From Verrucomicrobiota bacterium (GTDB lineage Bacteria > Verrucomicrobiota > Verrucomicrobiia > Opitutales > UBA953), in NCBI GenBank assembly GCA_003569205.1, contig BGOK01000005.1:57716-121715 (forward strand): a stretch of 64,000 nt of DNA. Direction: 5' to 3'. The translations under genes and the position numbers were made by a program. The notes beneath the pieces were generated by a model, which had not been told where the DNA came from, ran no database searches, and saw only the letters and a program-made list of their open reading frames with translations. Position 1 is the stretch's first letter; every line of letters starts with the position of its first letter. This document shows, piece by piece, positions 8,581 to 17,401 of this stretch.

Positions 8581-9852
8581 ATGAGGACAGCCGAACCGAA
8601 TCCCGCCCGTAACGCCTCCCGCTGGGGTGCCTTCCGGCGCTTCTTGGGTTTTGTGGGGCCGGGTTTCTTAGTTTCGGTCGGTTATATGGATCCGGGGAAT
8701 TGGGCGACCGACCTCGCGGGTGGTTCGCAGTTCGGCTATGCACTGCTCTGGGTCATCCTGCTGTCGAACCTGATGGCGATTTTGTTCCAACACCTCTGCG
8801 TGCGGCTCAATGTTGCGACCGGCCTCGACCTCGCCCAAGCCTGTCGGGAACGTTATTCGCCGGCCGTCGGTAAGTTCCTCTGGGTCGCGGCCCAGGTGGG
8901 CATCATTGCTATGGACCTCGCCGAACTGCTCGGCTCGGCCATCGCGTTGCAAATCCTCTTTGGCATTCCGCTCTTCTTTGGCGCCATCATCACTGCGCTC
9001 GATGTACTCGTTCTGCTGGCGCTGACCCGTCTCGGTTACCGCTGGCTCGAAGCCTTGGTGGCGGTGCTCGTGCTGACGATTGCGGCCTGCATTGGCGTTG
9101 AGCTTCTGCTCGCGCAGCCAGTTATGGCTGACCTCGTCAAAGGCTTCGTGCCGACCGCAGACGTGCTGACGCGCCCCGGCATGCTCTTTGTCGCTCTCGG
9201 TATCATTGGCGCCACGGTGATGCCGCATAACCTCTACCTGCATTCGTCGATCGTCGGGTCTCGTGATTTCGGGCAGACGGAAGCCGAGCGTCGCGAGGCG
9301 ATGCGTTTTGCGACTTGGGATTCCACGCTCGCGCTCTGCTTGGCGTTTTTCGTCAACGCCGGCCTACTGGTGCTTAGTGCCGCGGCGTTCCACGGCCGAC
9401 CCGAAGCCGTGACAGATATCCGCGAAGCCCATCGTTTGCTGGACGGCGTACTGGGGGTGACCTTCGCTGGTACGCTCTTCGCCCTTGCACTGCTCGCTTC
9501 GGGTCAGAACGCCACCATCACCGGAACCATGGCCGGCCAGATCGTCCTGGAGGGCTTCCTTAAGATTAAGAGTGCTGGTTGGATTGTGCGCGTCGCGACC
9601 CGCCTAGCTGCACTGGCCCCCGCCTTGCTGGTCATCGGGCTCGCTGGGGAGGGTAAGGTGGAAAACCTACTCATCTGGAGTCAGGTCATCCTTAGCCTCC
9701 AGCTCGGCTTCGCTTGCTGGCCGCTCGTGCGGATGACCAGCGACGCTGAATTGATGGGCGTATTTGTCGCGCCACGTTGGATTTCCACGCTCGGCTGGGT
9801 CTCCACAGGCCTGGTCGTCGGGTCGAGCCTTTGGTTTGTGCTCAATATTTAG
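8581..9852 (+). CDS. mntH: Nramp-family divalent metal (Mn2+/Fe2+) transporter MntH
   Basis: GPGFLVSVGYMDPGNWATDLAGGSQFGY and ATVMPHNLYLHS are hallmark Nramp motifs. 423 aa, multi-TM. Confidence 0.9.
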   Translation: MRTAEPNPARNASRWGAFRRFLGFVGPGFLVSVGYMDPGNWATDLAGGSQFGYALLWVILLSNLMAILFQHLCVRLNVATGLDLAQACRERYSPAVGKFLWVAAQVGIIAMDLAELLGSAIALQILFGIPLFFGAIITALDVLVLLALTRLGYRWLEALVAVLVLTIAACIGVELLLAQPVMADLVKGFVPTADVLTRPGMLFVALGIIGATVMPHNLYLHSSIVGSRDFGQTEAERREAMRFATWDSTLALCLAFFVNAGLLVLSAAAFHGRPEAVTDIREAHRLLDGVLGVTFAGTLFALALLASGQNATITGTMAGQIVLEGFLKIKSAGWIVRVATRLAALAPALLVIGLAGEGKVENLLIWSQVILSLQLGFACWPLVRMTSDAELMGVFVAPRWISTLGWVSTGLVVGSSLWFVLNI

Positions 9853-9895
9853 GAAAGTACCCTTAAATAGAGGATTTTGATTAATCTTGATATCT

Positions 9896-9910
9896 TTACT
9901 AAAGTAGTAA
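9896..9910. promoter_or_regulatory. Perfect palindrome TTACTA-aag-TAGTAA in an AT-rich spacer upstream of the ABC substrate-binding gene
   Basis: Seen directly. It sits between a TTGATA hexamer (9886-9891) and the ATG at 9937. The 9853-9936 region is strikingly AT-rich for this genome. Confidence 0.3.
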
Positions 9911-9936
9911 TCATTAAGACCGTATCCTTTAATTTC

Positions 9937-10944
9937 ATGCGATTCTTTTCACTATTTGCGCTTTTCTGGGCGGTCGTCGGTTACGGCCAAGCGGAGCCGG
10001 TGATTCTCCGCGTCGGGTTCTTCCCGAACCTCACGCACTCGCCGGCCTTGGCTGCCCGCCAACTCGAACGCGAAGGGGCCGATTGGCACCTCGCGAACCT
10101 GCCGAAGGGCTCGAAGATTGAATGGCGTTCTTTCAATGCGGGTCCCTCCGCGATGGAGGCTTTGTTGGCCGGCGCCGTCGACCTCACTTACGTCGGCCCC
10201 TCGCCCGTCATCAACGCGCACGTCCGCACGAAGGGGAACGAGCTCCGCATCCTGGCACCCGTCGCCCGCGCCGGTAACGCGTTGGTGGTCCGCAAGGGCC
10301 TTGGTCTGAAGACGCCGAAAGATTTTATAGGTCGCCGTGTGGCGACGCCACAACTCGGTAACACGCAGGACATCGACGCCCGCGTGTGGCTGCGTGCAGG
10401 TGGTCTGACGATTAAAGTCAATGGGGGTGATGCCCAAGTCATCCCGGCACAAAACGCTGAGCTGGTGCTGCTTTTCTCGCGTGGCGATGTGGATGCGGCC
10501 TGGACGACCGAGCCTTGGGTGACGCGCCTCACGAGCGAGTTCGGCGGTGAGATCCTGATCGAGAAAAAGGATTCAATTATTACGGTCTTGGCTTCTTCGA
10601 AGACCGCCTTGGCCAAGAACGGGAAGGGCATCGAGGCCTTCGTGCGCTCCCACTACGCGCTCCGCGATAAGCTGCTCGCGGACCAAGTATGGCATGAGAA
10701 GCTCATCATCGCCGGCCTCGGCGGCGAGACCCGTTCGACCCCGCCGAAAGCCACCCTCATCGGTCCGGCCCTCGGTCGCGTGATCTTCGACGCCCGTGAA
10801 GAGGACGCCGCTCGTAAGGCTCGCCTGACGGCTGCCTTCACCCACGCGCTGAAGGACTCAAAGGACTCCGGATTGCTGAACGGCGACGCCCCCATCGGCC
10901 CGCTCTTGGAGTCATTGGTCTCCGACGCCCCCGCCGCGAAGTAA
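9937..10944 (+). CDS. ABC transporter substrate-binding protein, NitT/TauT (aliphatic sulfonate/nitrate/taurine) family
   Basis: Signal peptide MRFFSLFALFWAVVGYGQA, then LRVGFFPNLTHSPALAA...AGPSAMEALLAGAVDLTYVGPSP, typical of SsuA/NMT1-like binding proteins. I chose the internal ATG at 9937. Confidence 0.75.
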   Translation: MRFFSLFALFWAVVGYGQAEPVILRVGFFPNLTHSPALAARQLEREGADWHLANLPKGSKIEWRSFNAGPSAMEALLAGAVDLTYVGPSPVINAHVRTKGNELRILAPVARAGNALVVRKGLGLKTPKDFIGRRVATPQLGNTQDIDARVWLRAGGLTIKVNGGDAQVIPAQNAELVLLFSRGDVDAAWTTEPWVTRLTSEFGGEILIEKKDSIITVLASSKTALAKNGKGIEAFVRSHYALRDKLLADQVWHEKLIIAGLGGETRSTPPKATLIGPALGRVIFDAREEDAARKARLTAAFTHALKDSKDSGLLNGDAPIGPLLESLVSDAPAAK

Positions 10945-10962
10945 GCGGTTACAATCTACTGG

Positions 10963-11001
10963 GCCCCGCCTTGGGAAGTGACTCCTCTGCGGGGCTTGGT
11001 T
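10963..11001 (+). terminator. Possible attenuating hairpin/terminator after the binding-protein gene
   Basis: GCCCCGC (10963-10969) pairs with GCGGGGC (10989-10995), followed by TTGGTTATTTT. The loop is long (19 nt), so this is weak. Confidence 0.3.
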
Positions 11002-11087
11002 ATTTTGAAGATAGGTCCTAATCCTGATAAGTTAACTAAACTTGACAACTTGAAGCCAGACCCTGAAGTTTTCCATCGGTTTGTCCC

Positions 11088-11885
11088 ATGAGCCTCCCCA
11101 TCCCTAAATCCAACGCCCAGGCGGCCTTGACCCTGCGGAACGTCACCAAGCGTTTCAATGGTTCGGCGGGACGCGTCACGGCTTTAGAGGATATCACTTT
11201 GGATGTCCGGGAGGGGGAGTTCCTCGTGGTGGTCGGTCCTTCGGGTTGCGGTAAGTCGACGCTGCTTAGTTTGCTGGCTGGCCTCGAGCATACCGATGAA
11301 GGCGCTATTAAGTTAGGCGACGAGCCCGTCCATTCTCCGGGCCGCGATCGGCTCGTCATGTTCCAGCAGGACGCGCTCTTTCCTTGGCTGAACGCTTTGG
11401 AGAACGTCCTCTTTGGCCTCCGTCTGAAGCCCGGTCTCTCCGACGCCGAGCGCCTCGAGTCGGCTCGTTACTACCTGAACCTTGTCGGCCTCGGCAACAA
11501 GGAGAAGGCCCGCCCCCATGAGCTTTCTGGCGGCATGCGCCAGCGCGTGGCTTTAGCCCGTTCGCTCGCCCCTAACCCGCGCGTGCTCCTCATGGATGAG
11601 CCGTTCTCGGCCCTCGACGCTTTGACGCGCGAGCAGCTCTACGGCGACATCCAAGAAATTTTCACGAAGCGCAAGAAGACCATCGTTCTGGTCACACACA
11701 ATATCCGCGAGGCCGTCTGCCTGGGCGACCGCGTCGTTTTGTTTTCGCCTAATCCGGGCCGAGTTCAGCAGGTGTTCGACGTTAACCTACCGCGCCCACG
11801 CCGGATGAACGATCCGGCCTTGGCGAACCTCGCCGCCGAAGTCACCACGGCACTTTCCTCTCATCTCACCGCGGACAAGCAGTAA
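11088..11885 (+). CDS. ABC transporter ATP-binding protein (NitT/TauT family)
   Basis: Walker A GPSGCGKST, signature LSGGMRQRVALARSL, Walker B LLMDEPFSALD. Confidence 0.85.
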   Translation: MSLPIPKSNAQAALTLRNVTKRFNGSAGRVTALEDITLDVREGEFLVVVGPSGCGKSTLLSLLAGLEHTDEGAIKLGDEPVHSPGRDRLVMFQQDALFPWLNALENVLFGLRLKPGLSDAERLESARYYLNLVGLGNKEKARPHELSGGMRQRVALARSLAPNPRVLLMDEPFSALDALTREQLYGDIQEIFTKRKKTIVLVTHNIREAVCLGDRVVLFSPNPGRVQQVFDVNLPRPRRMNDPALANLAAEVTTALSSHLTADKQ

Positions 11886-11889
11886 GGCC

Positions 11890-12705
11890 ATGAAACTCCC
11901 GCGCTTTGTCATTCCGACCTTTATTGCCCTCGCCGTCCTCGGTGGCTGGGAATGGTTCGTGCGTGCGGGCCACGTCAATGACGTGCTCGTGCCGGCCCCG
12001 TCGCATATCCTGCAATGGTTCTGGTGGGCGCTCTTCGATCAGGCCTCCTTTGAGTCCGGCCAGTACCTCGCCGCTATCCAGAAAGGCGAACTCCTCCCGG
12101 CCACTTGGGTGACGATGCGTCGCCTAATTATCGGCTTCGCCATCGGTGCCGCCATCGGTATCCCCCTGGGCGCTCTCTGTGCCCGCGTCCGCTGGGTGCG
12201 CGATACCTTTGGCGTGCTCGCCTTGGGTCTGCAGACCTTGCCTTCGGTCTGCTGGGTGCCACTGGCGTTACTTTGGTTTGGCATCCGCGAGGAAGCCGTC
12301 CTCTTCGTGGTAGTCATGGGCACCTTGTGGGCCGTTGTGATCGCCGTGCAGGAATCCGTCTTGAACGTGCAGCCGCTCTACCTCCGCGCCGCCCAGACGA
12401 TGGGCTCCAAGGGCTGGCACCTCTGGTCCCGCGTCATTTTTCCTGCGGCCTTACCGGGCGTCCTGAGCGGCATGAAGCAGGGCTGGGCCTTCGCTTGGCG
12501 CTCGCTGATGGCCGCCGAAATCTTCGTTGTCATCGTCACGGGCTTTGGCTTGGGCTCCTTGCTCAACGCCGGTCGCGAGCTGCTCCGCATGGACCAAGTC
12601 ATGGGCGTCATGGCGGTCGTCATGCTCGTCGGCTTGCTGGCTGACCTCGTTTTCTTCGCCCCGCTGGAGCGCTGGTTGCGCCGTTCCCGCGGACTGGAGC
12701 GCTGA
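11890..12705 (+). CDS. ABC transporter permease (NitT/TauT family)
   Basis: 271 aa, 6 TM, starts 4 nt after the ATPase stop. Its EAA-like loop region fits binding-protein-dependent permeases. Confidence 0.8.
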   Translation: MKLPRFVIPTFIALAVLGGWEWFVRAGHVNDVLVPAPSHILQWFWWALFDQASFESGQYLAAIQKGELLPATWVTMRRLIIGFAIGAAIGIPLGALCARVRWVRDTFGVLALGLQTLPSVCWVPLALLWFGIREEAVLFVVVMGTLWAVVIAVQESVLNVQPLYLRAAQTMGSKGWHLWSRVIFPAALPGVLSGMKQGWAFAWRSLMAAEIFVVIVTGFGLGSLLNAGRELLRMDQVMGVMAVVMLVGLLADLVFFAPLERWLRRSRGLER

Positions 12706-12768
12706 GTTTAGGCGAGTCCGACGCTTTCCTCCTCGCCCTGCGAGGCGACGAGGCCCTACTTTGGGGGC

Positions 12769-14067
12769 ATGTTCATCGACGAAGCCAAAGTCATCCTTAA
12801 GTCCGGAGCCGGTGGCCACGGGTGCGTCAGCTTCCGACGCGAGAAGTTCATCCCGAAGGGCGGACCCGACGGCGGTAACGGCGGCAAGGGCGGCGACGTG
12901 GTCCTGCTTTGCGATCGGAACGAGGGCGACCTCCAGGCCTACCGCTGGCAGCCGCACCGCAGCGCTCGCAACGGTACGCCGGGTATGGGCCGCCAGTGCG
13001 CGGGTCCCGATGGCGAAGATTTGATTCTCCGCGTCCCTCCAGGCACGCAGGTAGTCGACGATGTTTCGGGCCGCTTGCTCGCCGAGCTGACTGAACACAA
13101 TGAACGCGTAGTCATCCTTGCCGGTGGCAAGGGCGGCATGGGGAACATGAACTTCAAAAGCTCGGTCAACCAAGCTCCCCGCCGCACGACTCCTGGCTAC
13201 CCAGGTGAGTTCGGCACGTATCGATTAGTCCTTAAGACGATTGCCGACATCGGCCTCGTGGGCTACCCGAATGCTGGGAAGTCGACGCTCACTAATGCTT
13301 TCACCGCGGCCCGTCCGAAGATGGCGCCCTATCCGTTCACAACCTTGCACGTCAACGTGGGCGTGATCGAGTATCCGGAAACCTTTGGCCGTATCTTCAT
13401 GGCCGATATTCCTGGCCTGATCGAAGGCGCGCACGAGAACCGTGGGCTCGGCCATCAGTTCCTCCGTCACATCGAGCGCTGCACCTTGCTCGTATTCATT
13501 TTGGACATGGCTGGTAGCGAGAACCGCAAGCCCTGGGACGACTTCCGTATCCTCGAGCGCGAGCTCGCCCTCTATTCGCCGATCCTCGCGCGCAAGCCTC
13601 GCTTGGTCGTGGCCAACAAAATGGATCTCCCCGAAGCGGCCGCTAACCTCGCGAAGTTCTGCGAGAAGGTGCCCGTCCTCGTCGTGCCAATTTCCTGCTA
13701 CTCTCTTGAAGGTTTTGAAAACCTGAAGGCCACGCTCTGGAAGTTCGTGAAGGGCTCGCCCGAAGAACGTGCGTTGCTCCAGCCGACTCCGGTCAAGGTC
13801 AAGGCGGTCAAGGTCAAGGCCGTTGCCAAGGCCACGAAGCCTGCCGCCAAGCAGCCAGCCAAGAAGGCTAAGGCTGCGCCGGCTAAGAAGTCCAAGCCCG
13901 CTGCCAAGCCGGTGGCCAAGAAGGTCGTTAAGAAAGTAGCTGCCAAGAAGTCTCCTAAGCCTGTGGCCAAGAAGCCCGCCGCGAAGAAGCCGGTCAAGGT
14001 TGTCGCCAAGAAGAAGGCCGCCCCAGTGAAGAAGGCGGCCGTCAAGACCAAGGCTAAAAAGAAGTAA
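12769..14067 (+). CDS. obg: GTPase Obg/CgtA with a lysine/alanine/proline-rich C-terminal tail
   Basis: Obg fold MFIDEAKVILKSGAGGHGCVSFRREKFIPKGGPDGGNGGKGG. G motifs GYPNAGKST, DIPGLIEGA and NKMD. The tail from about 13783 is KVKAVKVKAVAKATKPAAKQPAKKAKAAPAKK... and includes a 15-nt tandem duplication at 13792-13821. Confidence 0.9.
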   Translation: MFIDEAKVILKSGAGGHGCVSFRREKFIPKGGPDGGNGGKGGDVVLLCDRNEGDLQAYRWQPHRSARNGTPGMGRQCAGPDGEDLILRVPPGTQVVDDVSGRLLAELTEHNERVVILAGGKGGMGNMNFKSSVNQAPRRTTPGYPGEFGTYRLVLKTIADIGLVGYPNAGKSTLTNAFTAARPKMAPYPFTTLHVNVGVIEYPETFGRIFMADIPGLIEGAHENRGLGHQFLRHIERCTLLVFILDMAGSENRKPWDDFRILERELALYSPILARKPRLVVANKMDLPEAAANLAKFCEKVPVLVVPISCYSLEGFENLKATLWKFVKGSPEERALLQPTPVKVKAVKVKAVAKATKPAAKQPAKKAKAAPAKKSKPAAKPVAKKVVKKVAAKKSPKPVAKKPAAKKPVKVVAKKKAAPVKKAAVKTKAKKK

Positions 14068-14086
14068 GCGCCGCTTACTTCTTTTC
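14056..14086. terminator. Bidirectional hairpin shared by convergent obg and msrB, incorporating both stop codons
   Basis: AAAAA-GAAGTAAGCG-c-CGCTTACTTC-TTTTC. The perfect 10-nt arms are 14061-14070 and 14072-14081, flanked by an A-run and a T-run. Confidence 0.5.
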
Positions 14087-14656
14087 GCCGGCGCGTTCCT
14101 TGAACTTCATCGATTCGGAGTTCAGGCAATAGCGTAGGCCCGTCGGCTTGGGGCCGTCTTCGAAGACGTGGCCGAGGTGGGAATCGCAGCGGGCGCAGAG
14201 AATTTCCGTCCGGCTCATCCCGTGGCTTTTGTCGGTGATGGTCGCGACGTTTTCCTTGGAGACAGGCTGGAAGAAGCTCGGCCAGCCCGTGCCAGAGTTG
14301 AACTTGGCGTCGGACGAGAAGAGCGGGAGTTCGCAGCAAACGCAGTGGTAGGTGCCGGCCTTCTTATTATCAAGCAGGGTGCCGCAGAAGGGGCGTTCCG
14401 TGCCCTTGCTGCGGCAGACTTCATACTGCGCTGGCGTCAGACGGGCGGCCCAATCGGCATCGGTACGGACAATCTTGTCGACGAGCTGCGGCTTGCTAAC
14501 GCCCCCTTTGCCGTCGTCGAGGGTGACGAGGACTTGCGGGGCTTTCGAAGAGGAGGTTTCGGCTTTGGTCATGGGCTTGGTTTCGGAAGGGGAGGTGGCG
14601 GCGAAGAGGGCGACCGCGACGCCGACGGCGAGGGGGAGTAGGAGGAGGGGCTTCAT
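14075..14656 (-). CDS. msrB: Peptide-methionine (R)-S-oxide reductase MsrB with N-terminal signal peptide
   Basis: [25 protein letters not shown] ... [16 protein letters not shown]...RYCLNS are SelR/MsrB motifs. I chose the ATG at 14656, giving [23 protein letters not shown]. Confidence 0.85.
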   Translation of the reverse strand: MKPLLLLPLAVGVAVALFAATSPSETKPMTKAETSSSKAPQVLVTLDDGKGGVSKPQLVDKIVRTDADWAARLTPAQYEVCRSKGTERPFCGTLLDNKKAGTYHCVCCELPLFSSDAKFNSGTGWPSFFQPVSKENVATITDKSHGMSRTEILCARCDSHLGHVFEDGPKPTGLRYCLNSESMKFKERAGEKK

Positions 14657-14660
14657 GGGG

Positions 14661-14978
14661 TTAGCTAAAAGATTTTCCGCAGCCGCAGGTGCTGCTGGCG
14701 TTGGGGTTGCGCACTTCAAAACCCTTGCCGTGCAGGCCGTCGTCAAAATGTACGGTGGATCCGTCGAGGTAGGCGTGGCTGGTGGGGTCGATAAGGATCT
14801 TCAGGCCCTGGCTTTCGAACTCGAGGTCGCCGTCCTTGCGCATGTCGAACGCCATGCCGTATTCGAAGCCGGAGCAGCCGCCAGTCTCAACGAGGACGCG
14901 CAGGATCGACTCCGGGTTGGCCTGGGCTTTTTTCAGTACCAGGACCTGTTGGGCGGCGGCTTCGGTGAGGTTGATCAT
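14661..14978 (-). CDS. erpA: Iron-sulfur cluster insertion protein, HesB/IscA/ErpA family
   Basis: [12 protein letters not shown]...[13 protein letters not shown]...[14 protein letters not shown] (C-x-C C-terminal motif). The ATG at 14978 is preferred over the GTG at 14987. Confidence 0.8.
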   Translation of the reverse strand: MINLTEAAAQQVLVLKKAQANPESILRVLVETGGCSGFEYGMAFDMRKDGDLEFESQGLKILIDPTSHAYLDGSTVHFDDGLHGKGFEVRNPNASSTCGCGKSFS

Positions 14979-15068
14979 ACCTATCACTTTATAGGTCTGT
15001 AGGCAGAGTCAAGGGGGGCTGTTTAAACTCGCCCCGACGGCTGCGGGAAATACCCTGTTTTTATCCCC

Positions 15069-15782
15069 ATGAGACCCCTTCTGAAGGTTTTTTGTTTCTC
15101 GATTCCCTTAGCCTTCTTGTTCAACGCAGTGATGGTGCTCGTGGTGTCTTTAAGCCTTGGGGACGCCCCCGAACTGAGTGACCTCTTGGGCGGAAACGTT
15201 TTCCGTATTAACTGGGAGCACCTCGGGGAAAGTACCATCGAGGTCGTGCCGATGATGCTCTATTGGGCCTTTGCCCTCCTGCAGTCCGGCGTCTTCTTCC
15301 TGCCGCTGGCGCCTTCGCTGACCCTCTCGGCGCAGCCCGCGGCGCTTTGGCCGCGACTCCTCGGGGCCGCTTTTTGCACAGCTTTCCTCGTAGCACTACC
15401 GTTGTTCGCGTTACTCGATGTCTATTACTTCCTGCCCGGGGCTAATCCCAAGGAATTCGAGAGCGGTGCGTTTATTATCGGTATCCTCGTCGCTTGGCTG
15501 GTCTCGTGGATCGTCTGGACAGCCATTCTCCTACGCCGCGTCCGCACCGATGAGTCCGCTTTGGAGTCATCGCTCCTGCGCACGAGCAAGGCCTCACTCG
15601 TCGGCTTGGCCCTCTGCGTGCCGTGGTACCTCGTGCTGCGCCGCAAGCAATCCTGCGCCTGTAGTCTCGGTACGTTCGTCGCCTTGGTCACCGGCCTTTG
15701 GTCGCTATTGGTGATTGGTGGCCCGCTCTTGCTAGTCTTAGCCCGTGACCGCCGGCTGCGTGGCGCGGTGAAGGGCGACTGA
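15069..15782 (+). CDS. Hypothetical multi-pass membrane protein
   Basis: 237 aa, about 6 hydrophobic segments, no motif recognised. Confidence 0.35.
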   Translation: MRPLLKVFCFSIPLAFLFNAVMVLVVSLSLGDAPELSDLLGGNVFRINWEHLGESTIEVVPMMLYWAFALLQSGVFFLPLAPSLTLSAQPAALWPRLLGAAFCTAFLVALPLFALLDVYYFLPGANPKEFESGAFIIGILVAWLVSWIVWTAILLRRVRTDESALESSLLRTSKASLVGLALCVPWYLVLRRKQSCACSLGTFVALVTGLWSLLVIGGPLLLVLARDRRLRGAVKGD

Positions 15783-16841
15783 TTAAAGCTCGCAACCTTG
15801 CTGGGTCTCGCGCGTCGGCCGCGCGATGAGCCCGCGGTGCGGTTCTTCGGGGTAGCGCTCCGTGGTACGGGCACCGAGAAGGTGAGCGTCGCAGCATTTC
15901 AGGAGATCTGACATCGTCTCCGTCCGGCGCATCTCGAATAGGAAGCGTCCCTCCGTGTCGATGGAGAGGCCGATGAAATTCAGGAATTTCTTCAGGCGCC
16001 CGGCCTGGCGGTCGACGGCCATCGCCTGGTCGCAGCATTCTTCGGCGATTTCTTGGATATACTGCCGGACGTCCCCGAGCGTGGGCGCGAACGGCTCACG
16101 GCCTTGCTGGACGGCCCGCCATTGCTGGAAAACCCACGGATTCCGGATGGCGTGGCGGCCCATCATCATGCCCCAAGCACCCGTCTCGGCGAGGAGTCGC
16201 TGGGCTTTGGCAGAGCTCGTCACGTCCCCGTTGGCGATGACCGGGCAAGGGACCGACTTCACGGCATGCGTGATAGCAGCGTAGTCGACCTCAGACCAGT
16301 AGAGCCCTTTGACCGTGCGGCCGTGGACCGTGAGCAGGTCGACCTGGTGCTTGGCGACCAGCGCGAGGATGGCGTCGAAGTGGCGTTGGTCCTCGAAGCC
16401 GATGCGCATCTTTACCGTGAAGCGGCCAGGCGTTTCCGCCCGCATGACTCCGAGGAGCTCGTCAATCTTGGCTGGGTCGCGGAGTAAGCCGCCGCCGACG
16501 TTCTTTCGATAAACCTTGGGGGCGGGGCAGCCCATATTTAGGTCGATGCCAGCGATTGGGTATTTCTGCAGCAACTTGATCGTACGCACCATGTGGGGCG
16601 TGTCTTCACCGATCAACTGGGCAAAGACTGGGCGTCCCGTGCCGTGGTTCAGGAGCGAGTCGACGATGTGCTTTTCCGGCGTCGACGATTCATGCACACG
16701 AAAATATTCGGTCACGAACCAGTCTGGCCCCTCGCGCCGTCCGATGACGCGCATGAAGCCTGTGGTAGTGACATCCTGCATCGGCGCGAGCACCGATGGA
16801 CGGGTACCGGCGACCTGCGGGTCGGGCAGGGGAGTGCTCAC
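15783..16841 (-). CDS. tRNA-dihydrouridine synthase (Dus family)
   Basis: LAPMQDVT..., IDLNMGCPAPKV, TVHGRT and VIANGD are typical of Dus TIM-barrel flavoenzymes. GTG start, overlapping the upstream gene's stop by 4 nt. Confidence 0.8.
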   Translation of the reverse strand: MSTPLPDPQVAGTRPSVLAPMQDVTTTGFMRVIGRREGPDWFVTEYFRVHESSTPEKHIVDSLLNHGTGRPVFAQLIGEDTPHMVRTIKLLQKYPIAGIDLNMGCPAPKVYRKNVGGGLLRDPAKIDELLGVMRAETPGRFTVKMRIGFEDQRHFDAILALVAKHQVDLLTVHGRTVKGLYWSEVDYAAITHAVKSVPCPVIANGDVTSSAKAQRLLAETGAWGMMMGRHAIRNPWVFQQWRAVQQGREPFAPTLGDVRQYIQEIAEECCDQAMAVDRQAGRLKKFLNFIGLSIDTEGRFLFEMRRTETMSDLLKCCDAHLLGARTTERYPEEPHRGLIARPTRETQQGCEL

Positions 16842-17281
16842 GCCTGCTTCCGGAGGCGGGCGAGCGTCTCCGTCATGTCTTCGCAGGCTTCGATCACTTG
16901 GCGGCTAAGGAAGACTGGACGCTTGGCCTTCACCGCTAGCACCAACGCGTCGCTGGGACGCGCATCGATTTCGGCCACCTTGCGGGCGACGGGGCCCTCT
17001 TGGCTTAGGACGATACGGGCAAAGAACACGCCATCTTTAACCTCAAGGATGACGACATGCCCGACCACAGCGTCTAAGCCGAGCAGCAGGTGTAACATCA
17101 GGTCGTGCGATTGCGGACGATCAGCGACCTTCCCGGCCAAGGCAGCCAGCAAGGCTTCGCCGACCGAGGCGTCGACCTGGATGACGGTCGTCTTGCGCTC
17201 AGTGACCAAGAAGACGGCCGTACCACCCTTGGTCGGAATGACCTCGAGGTGCTGGACGGGCAGCACGGGCAGATTGCTCAT
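16838..17281 (-). CDS. Bifunctional nuclease (BFN/DUF151) family protein
   Basis: ...VFLVTERKTTVIQVDASVGEALLAALAGKVADRPQSHDLMLHLL...IDARPSDALVLAVKAKRPVFL matches the DUF151 pattern. Start is uncertain: ATG at 17281 or 17305. Confidence 0.65.
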   Translation of the reverse strand: MSNLPVLPVQHLEVIPTKGGTAVFLVTERKTTVIQVDASVGEALLAALAGKVADRPQSHDLMLHLLLGLDAVVGHVVILEVKDGVFFARIVLSQEGPVARKVAEIDARPSDALVLAVKAKRPVFLSRQVIEACEDMTETLARLRKQA

Positions 17282-17401
17282 GACGAAAGCATTTGGGCTA
17301 TCCATTGCGGTTCGCAAGCCTGACTGCCCGATTACGCCCGAAAGCCGTCGCATATTCCTGCCAACCGACCTTGAAATTACCCTCTTTTGGGGCACCTTCG
17401 A

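Noticed and set aside
13792-13821. Tandem GTCAAGGTCAAGGC(G/C) repeat considered as a CRISPR-like or minisatellite element.
   Set aside because: There are only two units, in frame, encoding VKVKA VKVKA inside the Obg tail. It is a coding repeat, not an array.
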